Source: the human T2T-CHM13v2.0 reference genome, Homo sapiens
Length of the DNA stretch: 64,000 nucleotides
Assembly: GCF_009914755.1 (NCBI RefSeq)
Contig: NC_060935.1
Direction: 5' to 3' (one strand)
In this document: positions 13,350 to 26,863 of the stretch, in pieces
Numbering within the stretch: position 1 is the first letter of the stretch
Layout of the letters: each line of letters starts with the position of its first letter
Position numbers and translations under genes: made by a program
Notes under the pieces: model-generated
Seen by the model: only the letters and a program-made list of their open reading frames with translations
Told to the model about the DNA's origin: nothing
Databases searched by the model: none

Positions 13350-13545
13350 ATTTGAATTAGTTCATTTAATCCTTTCACAAATTCTAAGAGGTAGATTATT
13401 ATCCTTGTGTTTTCACACATTTTAAAAAAAAAAGCTGAGGCAAAACGAGACTAAATAACTTGTCCATGGACACATTGTGTAAGTGCTAGAGCCAGATTTT
13501 GAATCTAGGCCGTTTAGCTCCAGACTCTGTGCTCTTATACATCAA
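13350..13545. mobile_element. MIR fragment
   Basis: catttaatcct...gaggtagattattatcc...gctgaggc...taacttgtcc...gagccagattttgaatctagg core. Boundaries approximate. Confidence 0.7.
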
Positions 13546-14862
13546 CCTATTATCTTACATAATAGCTGCTTAATTAATGTATTTTGGATGAATGCAGTGA
13601 AGGCTTTCTCTTCTATCTTTCTTACCCATTTAACTTCTGTTCTCCTTGCCAGAAAAGTCTCAACCTTACCTTAATCCATTGTGTTCTCTTCTGCACCAAG
13701 ACGTCTCAGCACACTGCAGAAAATCCAACTTCTGGGCAGACTGAGTTCCTGTCAAGTTATCTGGGCTCTCAACAATCCCTAATAATTCTGTATTTCCCTA
13801 GTTTTTGCCTTCTGTTTTCCATAGAGTTCTTGTCCGAATCTCAAACACCTGCACCTCCCTATTCATTATTTTCAGGAAAAACATCATTTTCAGCTCAGTT
13901 TTCTACTCATCCCTTATAAATTTGACTTGTTTTGGCATCTGTCCTTGCCTTTCCTCCACTGTCAAAATATTTAGTGTTTCTCTATCAGAGGCTCATCCAC
14001 TTTTAGCTACTGCCCTGTCTTTCTTCCCTTTCACAGCCAAGCTTTCAGAGGTGTTGTTTGCATTTTCTGTCTGCACTTCCTCACCACCCTCTCACCTCCA
14101 GCTCACTCCATCACTGCATTCTGGCTTCTGTACTCATTACTTTATTCGTTTACTAGTGTCGACTTTTATCTTTATTAATTTTGTCATTGCATGTTATTTA
14201 AATGTACTTGTTATTCTTTTTTTAACTTCTTGGTTTAGATGCTTAATTCATGTATTAATTATCTTCTGTTATTAATATAATTAATTAAGGTCATAGATTT
14301 TCCTCTCCTTAGTGTCCTATAGATTCTTATGTGTAGAGTTTAAAAAATTCTAGAGAATTTTCAATTTTTTTGGTTTCTTCTTTGGTCCAAAAATGTTTAA
14401 GAAAAAAATTTAAAATTTCCGGGTGGTAGAGTCTTTTGTTTTTGTAATGAATATTTATTTTGTTGCAATTTGATCAGAGAATATTTTGTATTATTTCTAC
14501 CTTTTGAGAATTTAAACAATTTCTTTGAGGCTTTTTATATAGTCAGTTTTTGTGAATATTCCATGGGTACCTTGAAAAGAAGGTATATTTTCTATTTTTA
14601 GATTAGAGCATTCAATACGTGAATTAACTAGATTTGAATTATTAATTACATTTTAATATCTTCTATATTCTCATTTACTTAGGAACGTGTGAACAGAGGA
14701 AACCTGTGCCCTTTCCCTGGGCATAGCCTAGAAAGTGTCAAGACTCCAGACTCATCTCTATTCTCAATGTGGTGCTGGAGCAGAAGCAATGCTTTGATGG
14801 TTGTTTCACAGCCCAGAGTATCGTAAGCAGAGGGAGAGTGATTTCCCTTACTCCCGTCTGAG

Positions 14863-15558
<696 letters not shown>

Positions 15559-17922
15559 GTAGAGAATGGGAATAGAAGGGAGAGGGAAATTTGTTTTAAA
15601 AGAGAGAAAGACATTGAGACTGTGTAAAGGGGATGTTGCAACCTTTTAAAATCTGTGATCTCAGACCAAATTATACAATATAATCTCAGTAGGTGCCAGT
15701 AGTAGGGAAAAGTGTCAGCCCTCGTGTCTGGCACTAAGTACCACCCACCCCAACCCCAGTGATGGGAGCCTCTAAATGACTGAGATTTAATGTCTACTAC
15801 CTATTTGAATGAGGACTTGAAGAAGAAATTCAGTGCAGTTATAGAGCAGGTGCTTTTTGCACACTTATCCCCACTACATGTGTGGCTCCAGCTCAGGTCT
15901 CTCTGTGAGTTTTTGACCTGCATCTGGGTTAGATTCAATTTTTTAGCCTCAAGCCAAGCATGCTCCAAATGCAACTCCTCGTTTCTCATCATGTCATCCT
16001 CTTCACCCTCCTCTAAACCTGTTCTTCTTCCTGTGTTCCCTACTTTATGAATTACCAGCATCCACTCAGTGGTCTGGGACAGAAACCAGGGTGTTGTGTT
16101 CGGGAGCTGAAAACACTAAAGACTAAAACCCAATGAAGACATCTTCATCCTAGTATCTCACAGCTCCTGGGGGTTCACAGGAGATTTTGTTTAAAAATTA
16201 ATTAGGTATGCTACTTAAAAACCCACCGTAGAAGAGAGTGCAGTACAGTGGAGCAGAAGAGATGGGAAACCCTAAGCTGCTAAAAAGCCTGGGGGTTGGT
16301 TGAGGGGGGCATCTGTGCAGAGAAGGAACTGGAAGGAGGGAGAGGTGGTTGTGACAGAGGTGAATACCTGGGAGAGGAAGGTTCAGGAAACTTCCTTCAT
16401 TGGCTGTTCAATTCTTCACCTAAATGTCTAGAGGTGGAGCTGGGCTTGCAGGGATGGTTACTGAGTCTGAACTCTGTCAAGAAAGGCCCGGGGGATCAGA
16501 TGGTTTGCTCCTTCCTGGACAAACTCCCTGCCCTCCATGACTCTTCAGGAACCCACAGCACCTGACATCTTTTGGGTGGATTGTGAGCCCATAGCCCGCC
16601 TGGACTACTTCAAATCCAGCCGGAAACTTTTGGGAAATGGATTCCTCTATTTAACTGTGGAAGGACTACAGTGACATGATTAAGTCAGAAGCTCATCTCC
16701 TTCAACCTTGCAGGAGGTCTGTGGGTGCTCAGGGTAGCTGTGAAAACTTTAAATCAGGTGCAGCTCTACTTCAACCCTGGGGCAGGGTTAGAGAGGGAGG
16801 TGGGTGAGACCCACCAGGTAACTGACAGACACGTTGGACCTTCAGAGTGTGTGGAACTGCCCTAAGGGAAAATTTTAGTTCCACTTGATACATGGTCCAT
16901 GGTGGGAGACCCTCAAAGTCTCTGAGGTTTCTGAGGTCGAGATTTCCTGCCCCCATAAAGTCTAAGAGTTGTATCTTTGATGGTTCTGAGTGAAGCTGCG
17001 AAGGCATCAGAAAGTAGGAAGCCTCTCTCCACCTGCAGGGTGGCCTTGACTGCTCTGCCCGTCACCAGTGTGGCTCATGAAAACATCACTGTGGATGGCT
17101 TCCAGATTTGCTCCTAGGGAAACAATGGTACTAGCCAGGTTAGACCATTGAAATCAAATAACGGGTATCTTTTCATGATTAACAGGAGAAAAAATAACAT
17201 AACCCACTAGATAGACTTTTCCCACTTACAATTTTTCTGCCATAAACTTTTCTTAAACCTCTGATGCCTGCCTCAACCTACCTGCCACTGTACCCTACAG
17301 ATAAAACAAATGAGCAGGGAGCAAATGAAGAGTAGCAGCAGAACCCAGGCGTGAATGAGCATGCTAAGTTCAATAGCCTGTGTTTCTGTGTTTTCCTGGA
17401 TCTGCACGTATGTGCCTCTGATTTTATATTGCCTATGGACCTGACTACTGTAGTGTGGTATGTTTCCTGCTGGCAAAATTGTTCATAATTTGTGTATTAG
17501 AATTAAAGAGATGACTATTTCCTGTCGTTCTACAAAAAGGACCAAGATTTCCAGGTGCTCTGCCATCTGAAGACATTTAAAGACCAGTTACAGCTCAGGG
17601 ATAAGAGGGTGAAAGCTTCCAGCTTAGGCAGATGGCGAGAGGCGCTTCTTGCTGAACAAGAGGTTGGAGACTGGGCCAGAGGAGGAATTATAACAGATTC
17701 AGCTTGTTTTCTCTCCTCACTGCCTTGTTCATTTTGGAAGCCCCTTGCCAGAGTCCAAATGATATTGATATTTTGTGTCAACCCAGTCTCTCCCTAGCTG
17801 GAGAGAGGTCAAGATAGGAATAAGAGACCAAGAGTTCTGTGCGCAGACCCTATAGTCTCATTTTAGTCCCCATGCTGCCAAGCAAGATTCTTAGAACACA
17901 GTTGATACTTAATAAATGTTTA

Positions 17923-18213
<291 letters not shown>

Positions 18214-19970
18214 AGTTTGAGACCATGTTACAGATGGTCTCAGTGGGGCCATACAGCACTTCAGTGAAGAACAATTGGAATAGGAAAGCCAGTGTCCTCA
18301 TGAATGTGACCAGTTATCTCTGAACAGGTAATTTACAGTGGTCAATTGGCAGTTGAAGTGACAAAGCTTGTTCTCTACTAGTTGCTGCCACACCCCTCAG
18401 TGCCTTCCTGCTCCTAACACTCCCCTCCTACCCCTGCTCAGTGCTGGGGACTGTGCTCAGTCATGTCTAAGGCTGTTAGTGCAGATAAAATTCCAAATCT
18501 TAGAGTCTGCATTCCCAAGTGGTTGACTCTCTACACCCCAAACAAACGTGTCTCTCTAAGAAGTCTAGAGAAAGTAGAACCTTTTGGGAAAGGTGGACCT
18601 CAGAGCCATGCTTCGATACTGACGATTTAGAAATATTCTTGTTCTAAAACAGGTGGGCTGATAGGAAAGTGACTAATTGGCATTGGCCCTGAGGCCACCA
18701 TTATCAGCTCCTCTCTGCCTGTGAGTCTTTCTAGGAGACCATTGCCTCCAACTACATGGACAAGAATGTCCTGGAGCTGAACAGGTAGCAGAGACAGAGG
18801 CTGCAGTCATTTGACTGGTCTCCAGTGGTAAAATATGTATGTGAGCTTGAAGGGATTAGGCAAGGAGTTCGGTGTTTGTTTTTGCACCTTGAGGATGCCA
18901 GAGCTTCACGTGGCTCTCTGAACTAAGAATTTTCTGTGGGGCTCATGTAGAAATGGCAAGAAAGATGGAGACTAAGAAAGAAGGATGTCAGTGGAACTGC
19001 AGGAAGAAGAAAGGAAGAGTGAGTTCTATAAAGCCCCAAGGAGGGAACCAAAGTAGATGGCTAGAGACAAGCCTGGAGCCAGAAAGAAACTGTCCCAGAT
19101 GCCAAGATCTGAGCCCAAGCATATGCATAACAGGCAGGATGACAGTCAGCTGGCTTTTGATGGCAGGCAACCGTTCTGACTGGTCAGTGTTCCTGTTGTT
19201 CCAATTGCAACCTCCAGACTTTTGACCCTAAACCTGTGGAAGCTTTCTGTGGGTCTCCTGAGGTGACCTCTCACTGCTGGGAACAGGGAAACACAGAGAA
19301 GGCCATCGCTGGGATTGGAGTTGGGAATGGAATTAAGACCAATCTAACTTTGAGGCAGAATAGAATTTACTTACCTTGCGTAATTTCAGGCACCAGGAAA
19401 GTTCTCCATAGCATCTTCACTCCCAAAATACCCCACATCCTAGTTAAGTAAGAAGGTTGAAGTTGTTCATTAGGTCCTTCTTCATTTTGCTTAAGACAAT
19501 AACATTTGTAATACACTATTGAAGAGCTGTAAAGAGTAACCCTTTAAGTGCTAGTCCTTATTCATACCTCAGTATGAATGAGCCTCATAGCCTATACTAG
19601 GTATTTAAGAAGAGAATGTGACAACTGAGTGGAGTGTGTAGCCAGGAGCCACTGGAAGGGAAAGATGATGGAGGTACTGGATGTCCTCAACAACATCTAC
19701 CAAGCTCACTTTGTATTAATAGTTTTGCTCTGCTGGTTCCAGGCAGACTTTCCATTTCCCTTTGCACTTGGCTGACTTGTTTTAAGTCATGGACCAGGCA
19801 GAGAAAGAATGGGCTGATTGTCAGAAGCACATTGCAGAGACAGCCGGCAAGTGGAAAGAGCACTGACTGCAGGGTTGGCGGTCCCTAGGCTTGCCCGTGC
19901 CAATAGCTGATGTCATGACTGCATCTCCAGGACTCAGTGTCTTCATCTGTAAAAGGAGTGACCTGATTCT

Positions 19971-20242
19971 GATATTCTGAGATTCTGTGAGTGTGTGTAT
20001 GGCTTGGGGTTAGGGTTATGGTTAGGTTTTGTGTTAGAATATTCTGATATCTTGCGAGTGTGTGTATGGGTTTAGGGTTAGGGTTAGAATATTCTGATAT
20101 CTTGTGAGTGTATAGGGGTTATGGTTATGGTTAGGGTTAGGATTTGAATATTCTGATATCCTGTGAGTTGTGTATATGTTAGGGGTAGGGTTACAGTTAA
20201 GATTAGGGTTAGAATATTCTGTTATCCTGTAAGTGTGTGTAT
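19971..20242 (+). repeat. Compound minisatellite: five ~30-nt cores alternating with degenerate (TTAGGG)n spacers (interstitial telomere-like sequence)
   Basis: Core GAATATTCTGATATC(T/C)TGTGAGTGTGTGTAT at 19971, 20037, 20087, 20146 and 20212; spacers of 36, 19, 32 and 36 nt made of TTAGGG/TTATGG/TTGGGG variants. Confidence 0.9.
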
Positions 20243-21308
20243 GAGATGCAGAAAATGACCAGGAGTGATCTATATGTCCCATGAGGTAAGCTTGACCCAG
20301 CTGGCCACTCTTTCCATTTCCTTCTTTCCAGAGAGAAGTGGGCTGAAAAGGAGGAGTGTTTAAGGAAAGCGACTCAAATGTGCTTACATGTGACATTTGG
20401 AAAGAATGGCCTCTGAAACCTGCAGTCCTGCCCCTGGCCGACTGCCTCGTTTTCTCCCTGTGGTTTCAGGCTGCCCCCCCCACCCACCCTGGGTACCTGC
20501 CAAGGCACCTTGTGCCAACTTGGGACCCTGCTTCAACCCAGGGACCGTATGCTGCAAGCAGAGGCTTTGAGACCAGTGTCTACATGGTGGGGGACAAGAG
20601 GTTCTCCACACTGCCCCTAGAGAGGAATTTCTGCAGGAGCCCCTGCAGGAGACAGGCTTGGATTTGGAGAAGTTGGAGAAGGCTCAGCAGGCAGCTGAGA
20701 GCCACTTCCACGACTGCCCAGTTGACCCAGAGATGTTCTCTGTGGCCCGGCGAAGGGACTGATGCAGCAGACTTGGTAGGAGCTAGGAGTGCACAGGGGC
20801 AGGATTTCCAGCTGCCATCCTGCTACCTCATTTGCTTTCCTCTTCATTTAGTCTGTTTTATTTAGAAACCTTACCAGCAAATGCTTTTAGAGTCTTATTA
20901 TACATGATTGCCAGGTAAATAGGAATGTTGATCTCAAACAGAGAGGTTTATAATATGCTCCACTCATGGCCCAGGGAGGGAGAGAAAGAATTAGACCAGA
21001 GAAATAAAGCTGTGCTTCTTCTTGTTTCAAGGGCTCTGCAGGGTTGCATAGAGAGAAGAGGGGAGAGCCCCCCATGATCTCCTAGTTTAGGCCATTTGTC
21101 ACCACACAACTTCTGAGCCCATTCAGCACCTCCATCCTCACCCCTGCGAATACTGCAGCCCTACCCCATGAAATGAGAAGAACAGAGGTTTCCGCATCAG
21201 GAGACATGGCTTTTCCTCTTTGGCTCTCTGACTTACTTGCTCTGTGACCTTTGGTGGGTCACTAACATCTCAGAGCCTCAGTTTCCTCATCTCTGAAATG
21301 GAAATAAT

Positions 21309-21626
21309 TGCCAGGTGCAGTGGCTCACGCCTGTAATCCCAACACTTTGAGAGGCTGAGGCGGGTGGATCACCTGAGATCAAGAGTTCAAGACCAGCCTG
21401 GTCAACATGGTGAAACCCCATCTCTACAAAATACACAAAAATTAGCTGGCGTTGGGGCTCATGCCTGTAATCCCAGCTACTCGGGAGGCTGAAGCAGGAG
21501 AATCTCTTGAACCCGGGAGGTGGAGGTTGCAGTGAGATCTTGCCACTGCACTCCAGCCTGGGCGACATAGCAAGACTCTGTCTCAAAAAGTAAATAAATA
21601 AATAAAAGAAAAAGAAAAGAAAGAAA
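21309..21626 (+). mobile_element. Alu (AluS) inserted into a MIR
   Basis: Full dimer; TSD GAAATGGA(A/C)ATAAT; MIR core cctcagtttcctcatctctgaaatgg on the left continuing on the right. Confidence 0.93.
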
Positions 21627-22038
21627 GAAATGGACATAATAATACCTATCCCCAGGGTTATCGTAAGACCCCAAAGATATAATAGGAATGCACTTAGTAA
21701 ATAATTATGTGTGTGATGTGGTATGTAAGAGTTTTGGCTGACTTTATATATATGCATGAAATGAGTGGTTCTAAAGAGAGCTGGATAAGCTGTCTTCTTT
21801 CTTGATCCAACACAAACCATCTAACCCAGTCTGAGGCAGGGAGGAGGTACTTGGGGAAAGACTTTTTGAAGGAAGTAGCAGCACATTGGTGAGATGTAAA
21901 GGATATTTGAGGGTAAGCCACGTGAAGGAATGGGGTTGAGGGGTGAAGAGCAGGAATTCCCACATGCTGAGACCTGGAGAAGAAATAACATACTATGTTA
22001 GGTGAACTTCAAGAAAAGTGAAAGAACCTTAGATGTAA

Positions 22039-22962
22039 TTGTGGCACTATCCCTAGAGGGCACTACTAAGGCTGTGGTAGAACAGGACAGTGCTCCAAGC
22101 CAGCAGAGAGGACCAGAGGTAACTGTTGATAGGCATGGGTGGTGGGCAGGTAAGTGATCGATTCATTCAACAAATATTTGTGGAGTACTCTGTAAAGCTC
22201 AGTGCTAAGCTCAGCATCAGAACCTTTGCCCAGGGTTGGTCCTCATGCTAAACATAGTTGCAACACGTAAGCCCTTGACCACATTCTGCCTCATGCACCT
22301 ACTCTGCCTCTTTTTCTCTCCGTTAGTTCTGACATCGGTAGTTTTTACCTTACCCTTTACCCATTACTAAAAGAAGAAATATGTTGGCTGCTATGTTAGT
22401 CCATTTTGCAATGCCGTAAAGGAATACCTGAGACTGGGTAAATTTATAAAGAAAAGAGCTTTATTTGGCTCATGGTTCTGCAGGCTGTACAAGCATGGCG
22501 TTAACATCTGCTCAGTTTCTGTTGAGGCCTCAGGAAGCTTACAATCATGGCGGAAGGCAAGGGAGGAGCAGGCATTTCACACGGCGAGAGAGGGAGCAAG
22601 AGAGAGAGGAGGAGATGCCAGGCTTCTTTAAACGATCTGCTCTCTTGTGAAAGAGCTCACTCGTTACTGTGAGGATGGCACTAAGCCATTCATGAGGGAT
22701 TTGCTCCCACGACTCAAACACCTACTACCAGGTCCCACCTCCCACATTAAGGATTACATTTCAACATGAGATTTGGAGGAGACAAATATCCAAATTATAT
22801 CAGCTACATCAAGAATGTTCTCTTTGTACTTAGGTACAAAGGTTGTGGCACTGTCCCTAGAAGGCACTACTAATGTTCTGGGCACCTGGTGTGATAGAAC
22901 AGGCCAGTGCTCCAAGCAGGCAGAGAGTACCAGAGGTGACTGTTGGTAGGGGTGGGAGGTGG
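22039..22962 (+). repeat. Diverged direct duplication (22039-22145 and 22843-22962)
   Basis: ttgtggcactatccctagagggcactactaa...tagaacaggacagtgctccaagccagcagagaggaccagaggtaactgttgatagg versus ttgtggcactgtccctagaaggcactactaa...tagaacaggccagtgctccaagcaggcagagagtaccagaggtgactgttggtagg. Confidence 0.85.
22392..22802 (-). mobile_element. MST-family MaLR solo LTR
   Basis: Reverse complement begins TGATATAATTTGGATATTTGTCTCCTCCAAATCTCATGTTGAAATG; imperfect 5-bp TSD GCTGC/GCTAC. Confidence 0.9.
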
Positions 22963-22974
22963 ACCTAATACTCA

Positions 22975-23042
22975 TGTGTGTGTGTGTGTGTGTGTGTGTG
23001 TATTATGTGTGCATATGTGAGTGTGTGCACATGTATGTGTGG
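22975..23042. repeat. (TG)13 microsatellite with degenerate TG extension
   Basis: Pure TG run at 22975-23000. Confidence 0.9.
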
Positions 23043-23116
23043 TGATTCAGGTAGTGGAGAGTGGCTAGATCTGTCAGTGGTGTCACCACATGGGTGATGA
23101 ATGAGGTTGTATCCCA

Positions 23117-23940
23117 GGTGCTGGGGTCAGATCAGAAGTTGGATACCAGGAGAAGCTTGCAGCAGATGGGACCAGAGGCTGAGTGTTAACTCCTTCCAAG
23201 GGGAGCTCCAAGTGTACACAGGAGTGTGCAGCCAGAAAGCTGCTATGGGATGGGAAGGCATAAGGCAAAGAACAAGGCAGCCAGGCACATGTGCAGGGTT
23301 TCCAGGGCAGGTGCCCTACGCAAGACTGGGTTGCCTGGTGCTCCCCTTGCTGCATAAAGTAGGATGGACCAGCCTGGGCCACCCAGGACGAGGGTGTGTG
23401 TCCTGCGATAGGTTCTTCTAAGGACCTGGTGTTAGTTATGTGAACATTCACATTGGGAGACTATTGGCTCCTTTGATCCTCAAGTCACCATATACACGTG
23501 GGCCCAGTGTGAGTAGGTATTGCTATTGGCCTCACGGGAGAGAGGGTGATACTGACATGTACAAGGCGTGGCTAGTGACAGTGAAGAGCTTACAATTCAC
23601 TGAATTTATTAAAAAACACACAGCGTGCTTTTATTAAGTCCCCACTGAGTAGGCATGGGACTCTACTACAAGGCAGAATTTGCTAATTCTAATACAAGGG
23701 GATGATGGGAAGCACAGAAGAGGGAGGGATTAGTTCCTGCTGGGGAACTGGAGAAGACTTCATGGAGGAAGCTGCAGCGAAGATGAATCTTAAAGGAGGG
23801 TGATGGTTGGAAAGGCATTCCTGCTAGAGGAAACAACACTGCTAAAAGCATGGTGCTGGGGTCAGATCAGGAGTTGGATACCAGAAGAAGCTTGCAGCAG
23901 ATGGGACTAGAGGCTGAGTGTTAACCCCATCCAAGGGGAG
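23117..23940 (+). repeat. 89-bp direct duplication (23117-23205 and 23852-23940)
   Basis: Ungapped manual alignment, 84/89 identical. Confidence 0.92.
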
Positions 23941-26390
23941 TTTAGGAAGATGCTGGGTGAATGATGTGATGTTTCATTTGGCTCATTTGGCTCAAGGGTG
24001 GGCTCCCTATGCCAGAGCAGAAGGAGACAGTGCTAGGAAGGTAGCTCAGGCGTGGCTCTAGGAGCCCCTGCAATCAGACTTCACCAATAAGTATTCATAT
24101 ATCATTTGCCAGGTACTAAGAATGTGAGGATAACAATTTTTGCCCTCGCTGGGCTTGCAGACAGTAGTGGCAGCAGTTTATAGGAGGTGAGAGCGCACAG
24201 AAAGAAATGCCTAATTTGGGGGAGATAATGGAGTCTTTACAAAGAGGTAACATGTCCACACTGACTTTGAACTAACAGGAACTAGCAGGTTGCCAGGCAG
24301 GTGGTGAGATGAAGGTGGTGGTGGACTAGGGCGTCGAAGGTGTTTCAGGTGGAAGAAGCCACGTGACAAAGGTGGGGTCACGGAAGGATGCTGAGCGTGT
24401 TTGGGAAACCTCGATCAGGAAACATGTACTGAGAGTCTGCTATGTGCCAAGCCCCATTCTGCATTCTGAGGCCATGGAGAATGAGTCAGACAGGGAGGGC
24501 CCTGCTCTCATTCTAGTTGGGAAGGGAAGGGAAGGCAGACAATGAGAAAATAAACAAATAAAGATGAGGACATGATTTTCAGAATGGGAGAAGCCCTAAA
24601 AGTAGAAAGAATGGCACTGTGGAGAGTACCTGGGGCAGAGGGCTGGAGGGAGGGCTGAGTACAAGTGCCTGGGATAGACAGACCTGGGCTGGGCTCACAC
24701 AGCCAGATGGTGGTGTGTGAGCCGGGAGCCCCTAGGGCAAGGGTGCTAAGCCCAGTAGTCACCCTTTCACTGGACCAGAGCTCTCCAAAGGTGGAGCAGA
24801 GAACACCTCTGAAAGCAGAATCTACAGGCAGACAGGAGCTGATCCTGCCTGTTGCACACCCTGTCTGCCCGCCCTGCCCCAGAGAATCCCCTTATTCATT
24901 TTCAAGCCCTTCCTTTTTCCCTTCCAGAGAAGGGTCTTAGGTACTCAGACCTTCAGGGGAAGGTACAGGCAGTGACTGGGGTGGGTGGTCCATTCTTGGG
25001 GACAAGGCAGGTCATCCTGCTGAATGTGTGTCTCTGCGATGTGCCCTTTGGGAAAAGGAGGAACAAGGACAGCAGGATGGCTGCAGGCACCTGACCAAGA
25101 CCTGTTTTTGGATTATTTCCCTTGTCTTTCACTCTCTGGGCACAAGAGGGCAGCCAAGTCTTGAGCTTGGGGGCTGCAGGGCCAGTGGGGTGGGAGGGCT
25201 CTTCCCTCCTTTGCTTGTCCCCGGCCTGCTCATTTGCCGGCAGCCTGCACTCCTGTTCTCCCAGATCCTGACCACTGAATGAGGGAACCAGGAAGAGGAA
25301 GGCCGCAGCCAGCGCAGAGTGCCCTGACCTCCACCCGGCCATGTATTCTACATGTTGCCTCACCTCCACCACAGAAGCTGAGGCCCAGGAAAGCCAACCC
25401 AGACCTGCTGGCCCAGGGTCCCACTAGGGACGTAGGCTAGCCCATATGCTGCCTGGATGACAGACCGAGGGAGGGGCACACTAGCTGGCCTCTGGAGGAG
25501 AATTCTTCCAGCCTCTCTCTGCTGTAGTAAAAACCTCCTTAAAACCCACGAAGCTGGGGCAGTAGGACCAATTGCAGCAGATGGGGCACAATTAGCTCAC
25601 TAGATCCGTTCAATGGCTATTAAGGCCAATCCGTGCGTTAGGGCCCATGCAAGTGGGAGGAATACAAAGATGAATGGGATTCAGGCTCTTCCAAAAAGCT
25701 TACCTTCTAGTGGACAAGTGGCCATTGGAGCATAATGTGGCAAGTTTAGTGAGAGAGAGATGTTCAGAGCACTGGGGAGTATAGAGGAGGTCCATTAACC
25801 TAGCCCTGGGGGTATGGTGGAGGGAGGTCAATGAAGTCTTCCTGGAATTCATGCCCAAGCTGACTATTAAAGATAAAAGAATTTAGACAAGCAAAGGGAG
25901 GGAGGGCTTTTCAGGCAAAGGGTCAGACAGTGTGAGCAAGAAATCAAAGTCAAGACACAACATGAGAGGGATTAGAAGTTCCAGTGTGTTTGAGAAAGTT
26001 CCAGTTTGGCACTGTTTACTGTTGCAACCATTTTAATAGATACACGCTCCATGAGCTGGCTCTTGTCTCCCTCTTCAGCCAGTTGAAAGGGCTTCTTGAA
26101 CAGGTTTGCACATTTCCACAGGGGCTTTGGAGAACTGAGTTTTTCTAGGCTAGGGACTACAGGATTAGGGGAAATTGGATGCCAAAAAAGAGAATTAGAG
26201 GCAGGGAAATTAGCTTTCTGGCAGGCCTTTTTCTCTGGGGGAATGTCTTCTTCACTGTGCCTGAACAAGTGACTCCTGTGCGAACTAGAGACTGATGAGG
26301 AAATTGACAAAGGAAGGTAAAGTGACTAAAGACTTCTGTGCCTGAAATGAAGTACACTCAAGAGGAATCCAGAGGTTAAGATCATAAACC

Positions 26391-26603
26391 CCAGCCTGGG
26401 CAATGTAGTGAGATCTCCACTCTACTAGAAATTAAAAACGCCAGGCATGGTGGCATGCACCTGAAGTCCCAGCTACTCAGGAGCCTGAGATGGGAGGATC
26501 GCTTGAGCCCAGGAGGTCAAGGCTGCAATGAGTTGTGATTGCACCACTGCACTCCAGCCTGGGCCACAGAGTGAGACCCTGTCTCAACAAACGAACAAAC
26601 AAA
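26391..26603 (+). mobile_element. 5'-truncated AluJ
   Basis: End of left monomer plus right monomer with GGGAGGATCGCTTGAGCCCAGGAGGTCAAGGCTGCA. Confidence 0.85.
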
Positions 26604-26863
26604 TACCCCAAAATTGTAAACAAATACAAAAACAATAAAAAAATTAGATTCCTGCTTGATAATTAGATTCCTGCCAAAGTGATCAGGTGGACAGACTGGA
26701 AGAAATATTTACAGTGAATAAAACCAACAGGGGACAGATATTTTCTAGAATATACAAGGAACTACTGCAAATCAACAATAGGAAAAAGTCTAAAGACAAA
26801 AAGGAGCAAGAATATGACCAGGAAATGTATAGAAGAGGAAACTCCAAAAGCTAGCAAGCATTT

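Noticed and set aside
15790-16050. 86-aa ATG-initiated ORF
   Set aside because: No recognisable homology; 3' half resembles an L2 remnant; no supporting splice or promoter context.
19971-20242. CRISPR array (repeat-spacer architecture with partly palindromic ~30-nt repeats)
   Set aside because: Mammalian genomic context, no cas genes, degenerate repeats, and spacers are low-complexity TTAGGG variants related to each other rather than unique sequences.
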